Source: the human T2T-CHM13v2.0 reference genome, Homo sapiens. Taken from it: 64,000 bases of DNA. The stretch is taken from the NCBI RefSeq assembly GCF_009914755.1, contig NC_060933.1. One strand, written 5' to 3'. Below the pieces are notes generated by a model that saw nothing but the letters and a program-made list of their open reading frames with translations, searched no databases and had not been told where the DNA came from. Positions 30,044-42,640 of the stretch are shown here, piece after piece. The position numbers and the translations under genes were made by a program. Every line of letters begins with the position of its first letter. Within the stretch, counting starts at the first letter, position 1.

Positions 30044-31899
30044 TAAGAGCTAGTTAGATCATGAGGCTTGGATTTTCTTGGACTCTGTGGGCACCTAGGC
30101 AGTAGTAGGTGTTTAAATTTTAGGCCCCCAAGCAAAAGTTTCAGAAGGGGGCCTCTTTAACCCTTGTTAATTGCAAAATAAACAGATCTCAAGGGCAGGG
30201 GCCCCTTCTTTTCATAATAACTGCCTCTGTTTTGTGTGTCATCAGTGAAAAGCATCATTTTCAAATACTCCATCAGGAGTGGGTTCCATCACTGAAGGCC
30301 TTCTTCCTTCAGCCCATCAAAGGACCTCCTCCTTTGACCCCTCAGAGTCAGTGGCTAACCTGCCCCCTACCCCTGTCACATGTCTTTAGCTTCCAGATAT
30401 CTCCATTTGCAAGCTAATAAGTTGCACATACATATGTTTGAACAGTTGTCAGGCTTGTCTGCTGCTCAAACTGTGTTTTAGTTTAAAACAACAACAACAG
30501 AGAACTCAGAGCGGGGGAATGGATGAAGACATTTCAGTTGTGCCTGCAGGTGGTGTTGTTTTGACCTTGACAGTCAGTTTTAAATGACTTGTCAAGTACC
30601 AATGTGTGCTTCTGGGCACACCCACCTGGAAGATATTATGTCCCCTAGGCTTTATATGCCCCAGCAGGCAGGCATGAGGTCCCTGGATTTTGTTTTCATT
30701 GATGGAAGGTTAATGCATGCATGGCAGAACTTTACTGAGAGGGGCGCAGCTACAAACCCTGTTTTCATTTAATTCTGATTTCTCTTCTCCCTTGGCCTTT
30801 CCCTCCCTGCCCCCAGACCTCTTCCGTCTGGGCTCTCTCCACTCCCCATCAGCAATCCCTTCTCTACCACAGCTGCCCCCCACCACCACTTTGGCTTCAA
30901 ACCATTTATCCTGGCTTTGATATCTCCTTGCAGAGCTGTAAGCAACCAGGAGATGCTGGGTCCCAGAGCTCAGCAGGGTGCACTGCCTGGTAGGGGACTG
31001 GGCCCCAGTCTCCAGGCCACTGCAGGAAATTGCACCCAGAAAGCCTGCCCAGGCCCCTGTGCCTGTCCCGGTAACCACTCAGGTGCAGCCCCCAGAGGCG
31101 GCATCTCCTCAGCTTAAGTGTTGTCTGGGGAGAACTTCTTAGGATTATTCTAACCTTTCCGATGGTCCAGGTTCATCTCTCTGAATTTTACCTGTTTAAA
31201 CTTGGAGTGTCTCCCGTACCCTCAAAGGCCACACATGCTTGTGCTGGCAAGTTGGGGTGAGGAGAATAAATGGACAGATGAAAGGAACCTATTGGATTCA
31301 TCCTCCTGCCTACCAACACTTCGATAGTTTCAAGTTATTTGAGAGTACAATTGATGGTCCCTTATCCAGGGAACACTTCTTCTTCAGCTTCCTTGTCCAA
31401 GGAAGGAGACCTGTACTAATTAGATCATGAGGCTTGGATTTTCCTGTACTATGTTTCTAAAGGTAGAGATGAGGGAAAGGGTGCTTGTTCTTAGGACCAC
31501 GTGCACATCTTCTCACTCTGTAATACTTCCTTAAACTTGGGAAGAAGTAGGCCCAGAGCTAGATATTTACTTCTCTAATGGGTAACACCACCAGCAATGT
31601 GCTCCACTGTTTGGTGGGCTTACGGGAACATATGAAGGAGAGGGTCCCTGCCTGGCCCCTTAGATATCTTGCTGAGATCTGACTTAGAATCTAAGAGGAA
31701 GACCAGTGCTTGCCAACCTGTCCTCCCCAGAATCCGGAAGTCTTCCCAAGGCCATAGAAGTGCATCACACTGTCTCGCTCCAAGGGACTCAAACCACTTT
31801 CTCTTTATACCCCCTGCCTGAGGGGCACCTCTGTAAGGGAATCTTATTACTTACCTTTGGCACACATCCTGCCCTGGGATTTCCCAGTTAGAATGCCAA

Positions 31900-32133
31900 G
31901 TAGAGGAGGCTGAGAAATGTGTGGTATGAGAATGACTGGACCATGTTTCCTATCACTGGGAGGAGCCTGGTGTCAGAGAATGTAGGAGAAGCAGAGTAAG
32001 GGAGAGAAATGGCATTCACTCTGTGCCCCTGCCCTTCCTATGGGTCTCTGAGCCTTCAAATAAGGACTTTATTTGGTCAAAGCTGGTTGAGTTGAGTTTC
32101 TGTTGTTTACACCCACAGCCCTGAATAATTTAC
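31900..32133 (+). mobile_element. Old ERVL/MaLR-type LTR 3' fragment
   Basis: aaataa...aagctggttgagttgagtttctgttgtttaca...ccctgaataatttaca. Confidence 0.45.
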
Positions 32134-32208
32134 AAAGGGACACTTCCCTTTTGGTTTTACAAGCAAAAGCATCAGTTAGACCTTAGGATTGGGAAGGGGA
32201 GTCAGTGG

Positions 32209-32655
32209 TGTAGACCTAAAAGGAAGAAGCTGAAGCACCAAATATAATTTAAAGCGTTTTATTGAGCCAAAGTGAGGATGGCTGCCTGGAAAACTCAGAC
32301 CCAAGGAACCTTGGATATGAGCTCCATCCTGCCTTTGTTACAAGCAGGTTTTTAGAGGCAAAAAAAAAGGGGACAAGGAGTGGGCTGTACAAAGTGGTTT
32401 ATTAGGAATTCTCGTGGGTTTTCGAAATAACATTGATTAGTGATTGGCTATACGTTGTTAAGCTATAGGGTGGGTTATAGAGTCTGCTGTGGCATTATTA
32501 GGTTGATTTATAGCTACTTCTGGCAGTAGCAAACAGTTACAAGAGATGAGTGCATAGCTCAAAGGGAGGGGTAAGATGTGATTGCTCCCTCATTTTAATG
32601 TCTCTCTGGACCTGATAATCTAAAATAACTCACTTTCTTCAGATTAAAGATCTTG
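32209..32655 (-). mobile_element. Solo ERV1 LTR (MER4-group-like)
   Basis: Starts TGTAGACC, with an antisense poly(A) signal (ttttattg at about 32257) and motifs typical of MER4-group LTRs (tgagccaaa, acattgattagtgattgg). Family not resolved. Confidence 0.7.
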
Positions 32656-33199
32656 GTTGCTTTGAGTAAACCTGACAGTGTCTGGATTGATGAAGGTCCA
32701 CCTCTGACCTTCAGATTCTTTGATGATGATACCACCTGACTTTATAGCTTTCGGGGTGTCCTCAGATATGTCTCCTCTCACAAACAAGCTCCAGGTCCTT
32801 CCACAGCCCTGCTATCACAGGCTTCCTGTAACTTCCTTCCAGACTAGCCCTGTCCTCCCCCTCACCAGCCTGTGCTAAGACCTGGAATCCTTGCTACTCA
32901 GAGAGACCTCTCTGCTCTGCCCCTCCCATGATTTTCCACCCACCAGGAAGGGCAAGCTGTGCTTTCTGGTTCCCTAAGGAGTTTCTCATGCAGGGTAATG
33001 AGTCCCAGCAGGTGCTGACAGTGGATCAGGGCCTGGGCTTCTATAGCTCTTGGCCTCTGAAGCACAGGGCAGGTGGATCCTAATGGTGAGTTGTTTGCTT
33101 GAGCTGAGCTGCAGAAATGGGTTGGAGCATGAGCAAGGGCAAGCCCCAGACAACCAAGAACATTTCATATTCTGCTCCCCATAGGATGCAATGTGAGAT

Positions 33200-33400
33200 T
33201 GATACTCGAGGGACCTCCACCCTGGCTGTGTTCAGGCTCTTGACACCGCCACAAGAAGGAATTCAAGGACAAGTTGGAAGATAAAGTACACACTCAAGAA
33301 AAGGGAGTTTGGTGTACTAAAGAGAGAGAGTCATGCACAAGGGGGGCTGGGGTTTCTATCTCTATGGGTTTCTGAACCAAGGGGTGGAATATCTATGTTG
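33200..33400 (-). mobile_element. Partial ERV1 LTR (R/U5 end) fused to pol
   Basis: tgatac...ttcaggctcttgacacc...aaggaattcaagga...aaagtacacactc resembles antisense MER4-group LTR termini. Confidence 0.6.
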
Positions 33401-33419
33401 AGCAGTGGGGTTATTGAAA

Positions 33420-34470
33420 TTATGTAGCAAGGTAGTCTGTTGGTAAATCTTTCAAACTTGCAGTTTAATCCTGAATTGTTAATATAAGATCAATAGGTGT
33501 GGTTTATTACCACACAAACACCTCCAATTGGTTCCTGCTCTGGCCCTGTTGGGGCCTCATATGATGGCTTAATAATGAGCCCAAATCCTGCAAAATCTTG
33601 CTGTACTCAGGAAAGTTCTGAGTTGCTTCTTCATTTGTGGCAGTCCCACCTTTTAGACAGCCTCCTTTCACTCTGTGGAGAAGGTCTGGTTTCCTGGGCT
33701 TAGGATGTACCCCAGGTATTTAATTTTTGGTTTTAGAAATCTGGGCCTTGGATGGAGAGACCTGATACCCAAAGAGGGAGGTTAGGACTTTCCCAGGAGG
33801 TTAGGACTTGAATGGCATTCTTCTCTGAGTCCTCTTTAGTGGGACTGCATACAAGGATGTCATCCACATATTGGAGAATGACTCCCCATTTCTAGCTCTA
33901 GCTCCTTTTACTCTTGTGCCAAGGCATTTCTGAACAAGTGAGGGCCATCCCTGAAGCCCTGAGGCAGTACTGTCCAGGTGTGCTGCTGGGTAATATTAGT
34001 TCCAGGATTAGTCCTCTCAAGAGCAAACAAATACTGAGAGTCAGAATGCAAAGGGATACAAAAGAAAGCATCCTTAAGATCTAATACTGTGAACCAGTTG
34101 GTCTCCCGGTATTCGGGTAAGTATGGCATAAGGATTTTGCACTGTCGGACATAAGGGAATTACAGCCTCATTAATGGCTCTCAAGTCTTGAACTAGACGG
34201 TACTCTGTTTGGTTTTTGGTTAGGAAGGACCAGGAGTATTACAAGGAGACTGACATGGAATCAGGAAGCCATGTTTTAAAAACTTGTCAATTAGAGGTTG
34301 GAGTCCTTGCTTGGCTTTTGGTTTGAGAGGATACTGACGCTTGTGTGGGAAATTATTTTTGTCTTTTAAAGAGGTGATCACTGGCTGAGCATAAATTGCT
34401 TTGCCAGGGCTTTCTTGGTCCCATATTTGTGGGTCTGAGACCTTATTTTGGGATGGATCTCCTGTCATTC
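33420..34470 (-). pseudogene. ERV pol (reverse transcriptase) remnant
   Basis: Fragments RQYPLKP..KQGLQPLI..FLKHG..PCQSPCNTP (34220-34468), FTVLDLKDAFFCIPLH..WTVLPQGFRDGPHLF (33908-34129) and ILQYVDDILVCS (YVDD at 33859-33870), in different frames. Confidence 0.93.
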
Positions 34471-34480
34471 CGAGGCTGGC

Positions 34481-34864
34481 TTAGGAAACAACACTGCCAA
34501 AAAGGAGGGCCCCCCACCCAGGGCCTGATAAATGTAAAGTGGCCTCAGGGGTGGCTAGGAAGTCCCATCCCAATGAAAGAGTAGAATACTGTGGCATAAC
34601 TAGAGATTCATGAGTTAGCATATAGTTTCCTAGCCTGCAGTTCAGAGGCACTGTAAAGTGTTTTGATTTTGGGGTGCCACTGACACCCATGACAGTGCAG
34701 CTTTTGGAAGATAAGGGCCCAGAGTGGCCATTTAGGACAGAGTAACTTGCCCCTGTGTCAATTAAGACATTGATATTCTTAGTTGCCATGTCAAGAGTCA
34801 CCTGAGGCTCCTCAGTTATGATGACCAGGCCTTTTATGGGAGCCGCCGAGAACCTCGGGCCCCT
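34481..34864 (-). pseudogene. ERV aspartic protease remnant
   Basis: EPQVTLDMATKNINVLIDTGASYSVL...LGWDFL, with the DTG catalytic triad intact. It follows an in-frame TGA at 34865-34867. Confidence 0.9.
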
Positions 34865-36700
34865 TCAGGCCTCAGTTATGGCCATTATGGACTGGGTATC
34901 CTCCTATTCCTTTGGAGCTGAAGGCAATCCCTTTTCCAATGGCTCCCCTGCTTGCAGTGAGGACAGCATCTGGGTGGGCTCCCCTGGCTGCGACAGATCT
35001 TATCCCAATGTCCTGGCTTCCCACACTTGAAGCAGCAACCATTGCCTGCACGGTTGCTGTTAGGCCTTTTTGGTCCATGGGTGAAGCATCTCTCTGGATG
35101 ACCCTGAGGTTGCAGGGTGCTGCTCATAGTAACTGCTATCATTTGGGCCTGCCATCTATCCCATTGTTTGCCACACTGGGTCCTTTCAGCCTTTTCAGCC
35201 CTGTCCCTATTACTGAATACCTGGAAAGCCTCATCAAGCTTTGGTTTAATAGGTATTTGGGGTCTCAAAGACAATTTCTGTAATTTTCTCCTGATGTTGG
35301 GTGCTGACTGGCTTATAAAGTGTGTCCCTAGTTAAATTTGGCCAGCATCAGTACTGAGGTGAGTGTTAATATATTTTCTTAGGGCCTTCACAAGGTGACC
35401 CTGGAACAAAGCTTGGTTTTCATCCTTTCCTTATTTCCCTTATTTTATCATAGTTCACAGCCTTAGTGTACATTTTTTATTCTCTCCACTAACCAAGTTG
35501 CCATACAATTTCTTTTTCTTGGATTAGCCTGGCCTTGTAGATAGTTCCAGTTGGGGTCATTGTTAGGCACAGGCATGGCCCCCACAGTGTATAGTTCAGG
35601 GTCCCCAGCTAATAAGTTGTCAGCATAAGCCTTGGCCTCCACGCAGATACACTGCTTTTCCTCCAGGGTGCAACATGTGGACGAGGTAATATGAATAACT
35701 CACCAAGTTAACTCAGGTGAGAGTGAGAGAGCCTGAAATTCGTCCATGAATTTAGTTGGGTCCTCTAAAAATTGGCCCAACCTTTGGCTACATCATGCTA
35801 GATCAAACACTGAAAAAGGTACATGCACCTGGATGGTCCCAGCATCCCCATTGGCCACCTCCCTAAGTGAGCATAACTTAGAATGGTTAGGAAGGTAGGA
35901 AATGCCACTGTAGGTGACCCTGGCAGGGCTCTGTTCCTTCAGTAGGGAGGGCATATAGGTTGGTAAGGAGGTGGGCTAACGGGAGACTAAGGTCTGGAGA
36001 TGGTGGAGCTAGAAGAAGACTGGGGAGTTGGAGGTGGAATTGGGTGGTAGGGAGGAGCAGGGAGTGCTAGACCTAGGTCTGGGTTAGGAGGTGGGGGAAG
36101 GCTATGAGAGGTATATTCCCAAAAAGGGTATCATCTAGGATATCTGGTTCCCATTTCGTTCTCCTAAAGGGATGTGAGTCTAACAAAGGCAGCAGTTCCT
36201 GCAACGGTCAAGGTTCTAACAGGGCCACGAAGGCCTGTGCACATGGTGTTTCAGTTCAATTCTCCTGACATTGATAAAAAAGATCTAATTGCAAAATGGT
36301 ATTACAATTTAGGGTCATGTTCTCTTACCATTGTACTGCATTCTGTTTCCTTTTTTTTCCTTTTAGGATCTCACTTTTTTACCCAAGGCTGAAGTGCAGT
36401 GGCACGATCATGGCTCGCTGCAGCCTCATCCTCCCAGGCTGAGGTGATCCTCCTACCCCAGCCCCCTGAGTAAGCTGGGACTATAGGCGTGCACCACCAT
36501 GCCTGGCTAATTTTTTGTGTGTTTTTTGTAGAGATGGGGTTTCGCCACGTTGTCCAGGCTGGTCTCGAACTCCTGGACTCAAGCAATCTGTGTGCCTCGG
36601 CCTCCCACAGTGCTAGGATTATAGGCGTGAACCACCACACCTGGCCCTTGTACCCTATGTTCTAAAAGAAAGGCCTTGACTTGTCTTTGGCATGAAATGA
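34865..36700 (-). pseudogene. ERV gag remnant (MA / Pro-rich / CA / NC), interrupted by an Alu
   Basis: NC knuckles CFKCGKPGHWDKIC and CPHCKQGSHWKRDC (ORF 34885-35274). CA N-terminus motif at about 35700-35880. Pro-rich segment at about 35950-36110. Confidence 0.85.
36345..36646 (-). mobile_element. AluJ-like inserted in ERV gag
   Basis: J-type gatcatggctc..gcagcctc / gatcctcctacc. ERV-like sequence on both sides. Confidence 0.9.
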
Positions 36701-38054
36701 AGAAGAAGAGGAAAGTTAACATATTCCCTCATGGAGGGACTGGTCCCAGTATTTACGAAATGCTGCATGGAGGAGTGTGGTGCTTACAATTGGCCAGCTC
36801 CATGGCCATGCCTGAGAGACAAGCATCCTTGTTCCCTTGGCTGGCTGCCTTAGTGTCCAGGTGTCCTTGGAGCCCTAGCATTGCCCAGGCATCCTTGGCT
36901 CCTGGGGCTTTGAAAATGAGAAGGCTTTTGAGGTCTAGTAGGACGAGTTATGGCATAATTTGAAAGCAGCAAGCATGCCAATATCCATCCGAATATTTAT
37001 CCTCAAGTAAAAGTTGGGAACAGAAGTGATTTAGCATGGCCAATAAACCAAGGACCTTGAAGGGGCCCCTTAAGAACTTTAGGCCTAGATTTGGCATTCC
37101 GGAGGGCAGTATCTAAGATGCCTATCTTGCTGGGTCCAAAGAGTTCCCTAAGCTTTCATGTGAAGTATGAGGAAGAAGCATGAGAAGAGAAAATCTCAGG
37201 AGCTGAGTTTAAAGAAAATGGGAAAGAGAAAACAGTTCCCAGCCAGGGTCAGTGTTTTGGCACAGCTGGTCCCTTGGGAGAATGGAAGCCTCTTCCTGGG
37301 CAAAAGTCATCATGCTCCTTGGAAGCCATCCAGCCACTGCACAGTACAAGCTATAGGATGTTACCCTACCACCCTACCATGGTGCCTCAGACCTGCCACC
37401 TCTGCTTGTCGCCCAAGATGATGGAGAGAGAGCTCTGCTTTGCAGTCAGTGCTCTATCCCCAGCTCTGCCGTTGACTGCTGTGTCCTGTTACTCCCTGGT
37501 AAGGTGCCATAGACCACTCATCTCCAGAACTCTTGTGGATAAGATTATGTGTAGATGCCGTTACATCTTAGGTCCTCAGCAGATACTGGTTCCTTGCTTC
37601 AGTAGGCTTAGGAAAATTTGGTAGTTTTATGGGTCAATAAACACATAAGTTTTGTGGCTTATTAGTGTGAATCACAGATTCTACAGTTCCTATCAACCCA
37701 ATGTCTAAAATAATTCTCTAAAATAATAGCTCCAGGGAGAAAATAAAAATAGGTATGGTGACTTAGCATGGTAGTATGACAATATGAAAGGTTTGTTACA
37801 GAGTTGTTGGTCCACATTCCTTACATTGTACACATTGGAATTTCTCCGTTTCAGAAGGAGCATTTAGAGCAGCACCTACATTTTTGTTAGGTTTTCCTTC
37901 AAGGCTGTAGCTTGAACTTTTAATATACATACTCACTTTTCTTCCCCCCAAAAAGAAGGGTAAAGAAGGCAGTAAAGGTAAAGAAACCAGACATTATTTG
38001 ATTCAGCTCAAAATGTATTTTTTAGTTCCTTTTCCACATTTAATAACAAATAAA

Positions 38055-38372
38055 GGCCGGGCGCGGTGGCTCACGCCTGTAATCCCAGCACTTTGGGAGG
38101 CTGAGGTGGGCGGATCACGAGGTCAGGAGATCGAGACCATCCTGGCTAACACAGTGAAACCCTGTCTGTACTAAAAATACAAAAAATTAGCCGGGCATGG
38201 TGGCGGGCACCTGTAGCCCCAGCCACTCGGGACGCTGAGGCAGGAGAATGGCATGAACCCAGGAGGCCGGGCTTCCAGTGAGCCGAGATCATGCCACTGC
38301 ACTCCAGCCTGGGCGACAGAGTGAGACTCCGTCTCAAAAAACAAAAGCAAACAAACAAAAAAAATAAAAAGA
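38055..38372 (+). mobile_element. AluY
   Basis: gatcgagaccatcctggctaac, gaatggcatgaaccc, A-tail. Confidence 0.95.
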
Positions 38373-38916
38373 AATCTTGTACCTGATCTTCAGGGATTTG
38401 GGATCCCACCTGGATTAAACTAGACTATCCAAGCCCTATTTGCCTGGCTTCCAGCCCTCCTGGAGTTCTGTTCCCACCAGTTAGACAAAGCTCTCTGTCC
38501 TTGACCTCTTTTCCCATCACTTTTGGATCAGAGATTGAGCCTGTCAGCTCCTGAAACAGCTGTCTCTGATCTGTTCTCAGTATTATCTGAGCCATTATCT
38601 GACTTGTGTCTGAAAGGACTGCGTGATGGAAACTTCTGAAAGAACCCTCTGTCACCCCACCCGCATCTTCCAAATAGAGCCAGAGAGGCCCAGAGTCAGA
38701 AGGCTAAGAAGACCAAGTGTGTGGCCAGCAGCTGCGGGGAGCCAGGGCAACTCCTGCCCGCCACTCTTCCTCTGAATGCCTAGCCCTCTCCGCCTGTGTT
38801 CACAGGCCAGCCCTCCCCGGGGCATACACAGCATTTTGTAAATAGTAACTGTGTGTCTTGGTTGAGATAATCTTGTAGGCCAGAATGGAATGTCTCAAGA
38901 CACTTTGCAAACGGGA

Positions 38917-39588
<672 letters not shown>

Positions 39589-39619
39589 AGTGCAATTCTT
39601 TTATGTTTTTGTTCCCCAC

Positions 39620-40020
39620 CTCTGTTCCGATTTTCCATTCCTTAGGTATAGTACTTTATGAGCTTTTTGTATTAACCCCCTGTGTTCCTTCATGCAGATG
39701 CAGGCCAATTAGACGATACATATTATTACTCTCTCTCCCTTTTCTTAAAAGGAGATAGAACACACACCCTATTTTACACTGTGCTTTTGTCAATTATCAT
39801 TATCCCCTAGATATAACATTAGGCCTTAAAGAGTTTCTCATTCTTTTTTATTTAGCTGCATAGTATTCTAGTCTATGGATGCTCTCAGTTATACTTTTCC
39901 AAAATATGGATCTTTGACTTTTTCCAAAATTTTACTGTTGTAAACAATGCTGTGTTGAGCACCTGGTATATTTAAATAGTCAGTGAATCACAAAGATTTC
40001 ATTAACATACCTGCCATATT
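39620..40020 (-). mobile_element. Old L1ME-like fragment
   Basis: tcattcttttt..tagctgcatagtattcta...ctgttgtaaacaatgctg. Confidence 0.6.
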
Positions 40021-40077
40021 GTGGGAGGTAGGGATGTGCCTGCATCTTATTTATCCTTCACTAGTGCTTGGTAACTG

Positions 40078-40158
40078 TAGGTGGAACCACATGCAATTTC
40101 TGTTTGGGGAAATCTTAAAAGCACTAGAATATCAGAACTTTTGCGTAGCTCACTGATA
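40078..40158. mobile_element. Possible MADE2-like mariner MITE remnant
   Basis: taggtggaaccacatgcaatt resembles the MADE2 terminus. The far end is degenerate. Confidence 0.35.
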
Positions 40159-41312
40159 TTTAGAGAAACCTACATGCCATAGCAGGGATGGAGATAAGAA
40201 AAAGAAGTCTCTCGCCCCCAACCTAATGTGTCTTGGTGAAGATCTTGCTTATTTAGGTCTAAGACCTTGTTTAATAAACCAAGTGGAAGCCGTAATGACT
40301 CCTTTTCAGCAATTTTATAACGATGTAGTTCTTCAGGTTTCACTAATTTTAACAATTCTATAAAGTTATGTTCATCCTATTTTCACTAACTTTGGAAGTT
40401 TAAAGAGAAACTCTGTTGAAAAAGTAAATCCACATACCAAGTGTTTTTAAATAGCATGGAGAAATGCAATTTATTTTTCTGGTTAAGAGAAGTAAGTATT
40501 ATTTATGCTTTTTTTGGGCTTTTGGGTTTATTTATTTAGGTGGTGCCTTGGCGTTGAGTGAATGACATTAGCTGGTGTGGGGACCTGCAGCAGGGCTTTC
40601 AGGATAGAGCGTTCACCCCACAGTTTCAGTGGTGAGCAGGCAAGAGGTTGCCCAGATCCTGGCCCAAAAGACCAACCACCAGTCTTACAAACTAAAGGGA
40701 AATCATATTTTACCACAATGAGAAAAAATGAAGGGGAAGGCTAATGCTGTATTTTTTGTTAAAATGGAAGGATGTTGAGAAGACAGAGACTTTCAGTGGT
40801 TTTAATCTTCAGACTTTGGCAGAGGCCAAGCATGATTTGAATACAGAGAAAGTGGAGTGACATGACAGAAAGGGAAGTGGAAAGTGGTGGCTTCCAGAAA
40901 CAACCAGATGTGTTTGAATTTCCAGGCTCCTCAAGGAAGAGTGAGTTGAGCTGGAGCTGAGTTGCTGAAACCTTTTTTAAAGACTCAGTTGAACATCCGT
41001 ATGCCCCTGACATGTAATTCTAGAGCATACCACCCAAAACTCAATTTTAAATAGTAGGCAGAGCCTATGCTGCTACCCTGTTATGGTTTCATGTTGGCCT
41101 AACTAATCTATTTTTTCTTTTTGGTGGTAACATCAATGGGAGGCAAGCAATAGATGTGATTTATCTCAGCCTTAGTAAGGCATGACAATAAGAACAAATT
41201 CAGAAAATGTTCTTTACCAGCATGGCAAGTTTTTTTTTGTATTTCTAAAAGGCAACCATTTTAGTGGATACAAAATTAACATAAGCCATAGATCTGTGCA
41301 CCCTGTGTGTGT

Positions 41313-41314
<2 letters not shown>

Positions 41315-41358
<44 letters not shown>
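41315..41358. repeat. (AC)n microsatellite, about 22 units
   Basis: Uninterrupted AC run. Confidence 0.97.
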
Positions 41359-41361
<3 letters not shown>

Positions 41362-42338
41362 GGCATTCAGCCTACTGACCCCGCTCGTGGCTGTGTGCTA
41401 TAGACACACAGAAATACAGTGATCCCCAGGCTGGTTTGGCAGGGCACTCATTACATAGAGGGAACAGACAAAGAGAACCATCATAGAAGGGCTGAGAGGC
41501 CCAGAGAACATGGCAGACGAGCTGCTGGTCATTTGTGTCACACACTCTAGCCCCTTTGCAGGGCCCTTTGACCCCTTTAAGGATGTGTTGATCTTGTTAG
41601 AAGCTGAAACAGCAGCAGGAGGGTCATTTTGTTGTGCTTTCAAATGAATGCCTGATCAGCTGTGAAATAGACTTGTGCTTGTCTAGTCTCTAAGACCAAG
41701 GGAAATGACTTTTCCTAAAAAGAAAAGTTTAAGGAAGTTTTTTGTTTGTTTTGTTTTTTATGGCTAAGCTTTGCTGTTTTTGCTTTAACAAAACACCTCC
41801 CTGCACAGCCTAATTCCAACAGCAGAGTATCTGATTACCTCATGCTGAATAATGCACTGTTGTTTATTTGCTTTGCTACCTTCCAGATTTTTCTTTTCTG
41901 GGCTAGATAATCCCAACAGCTTTGAGTTCCGTTTTTATAACTTCTATTTTCCTATTCTTTAGTCATCTCAGTTGCTTTCTGCTGGAGCATTTTCTGATTC
42001 TCTTCATTGCTCGGAAATTAAGAAGTCTGAAACCAGACACAACAAGCTGGAAAGATGTCTCCATAGCTGATGATAGGAACCTTTTATCGAGCTCTGAACT
42101 CTGTGCCTCGTGTTGCGCTGAGTACATGTCATGTATCATCCCATTTAAGACTTGCATCCTCTATGGAATAGATTCCATTTGGGCATTTTGTAGATGAGGA
42201 AACTGAGAAAAGAGTAATTCTGTATCTCGCCCGTCTCCTAAGTGATAGTGCCGAAATTCTACCCAGTTCCCTGCCTGTGGAGCCTGCAGTCTGAACCATT
42301 ATCCCTGTTGCCACAATTTCACTCACCTGTCCCCTAAT

Positions 42339-42640
<302 letters not shown>

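Larger units (their letters stand above)
33200..37200 (-). mobile_element. Decayed class I (gamma-like, ERV1) endogenous retrovirus: leader-gag-pro-RT plus a partial 3' LTR
   Basis: On the minus strand: capsid LREVANGDAGTIQVHVPFS..DL...LGQFLEDP, two CCHC knuckles, protease LIDTGA, RT motifs LDLKDAFF / LPQGF / YVDD, and an LTR-like end starting TG at 33200. Many stops and frameshifts. The 5' boundary is approximate. Confidence 0.9.

Noticed and set aside
32209-33400. The two LTR-like pieces as paired LTRs of one provirus
   Set aside because: They are not similar to each other and lie on the same side of the internal region.
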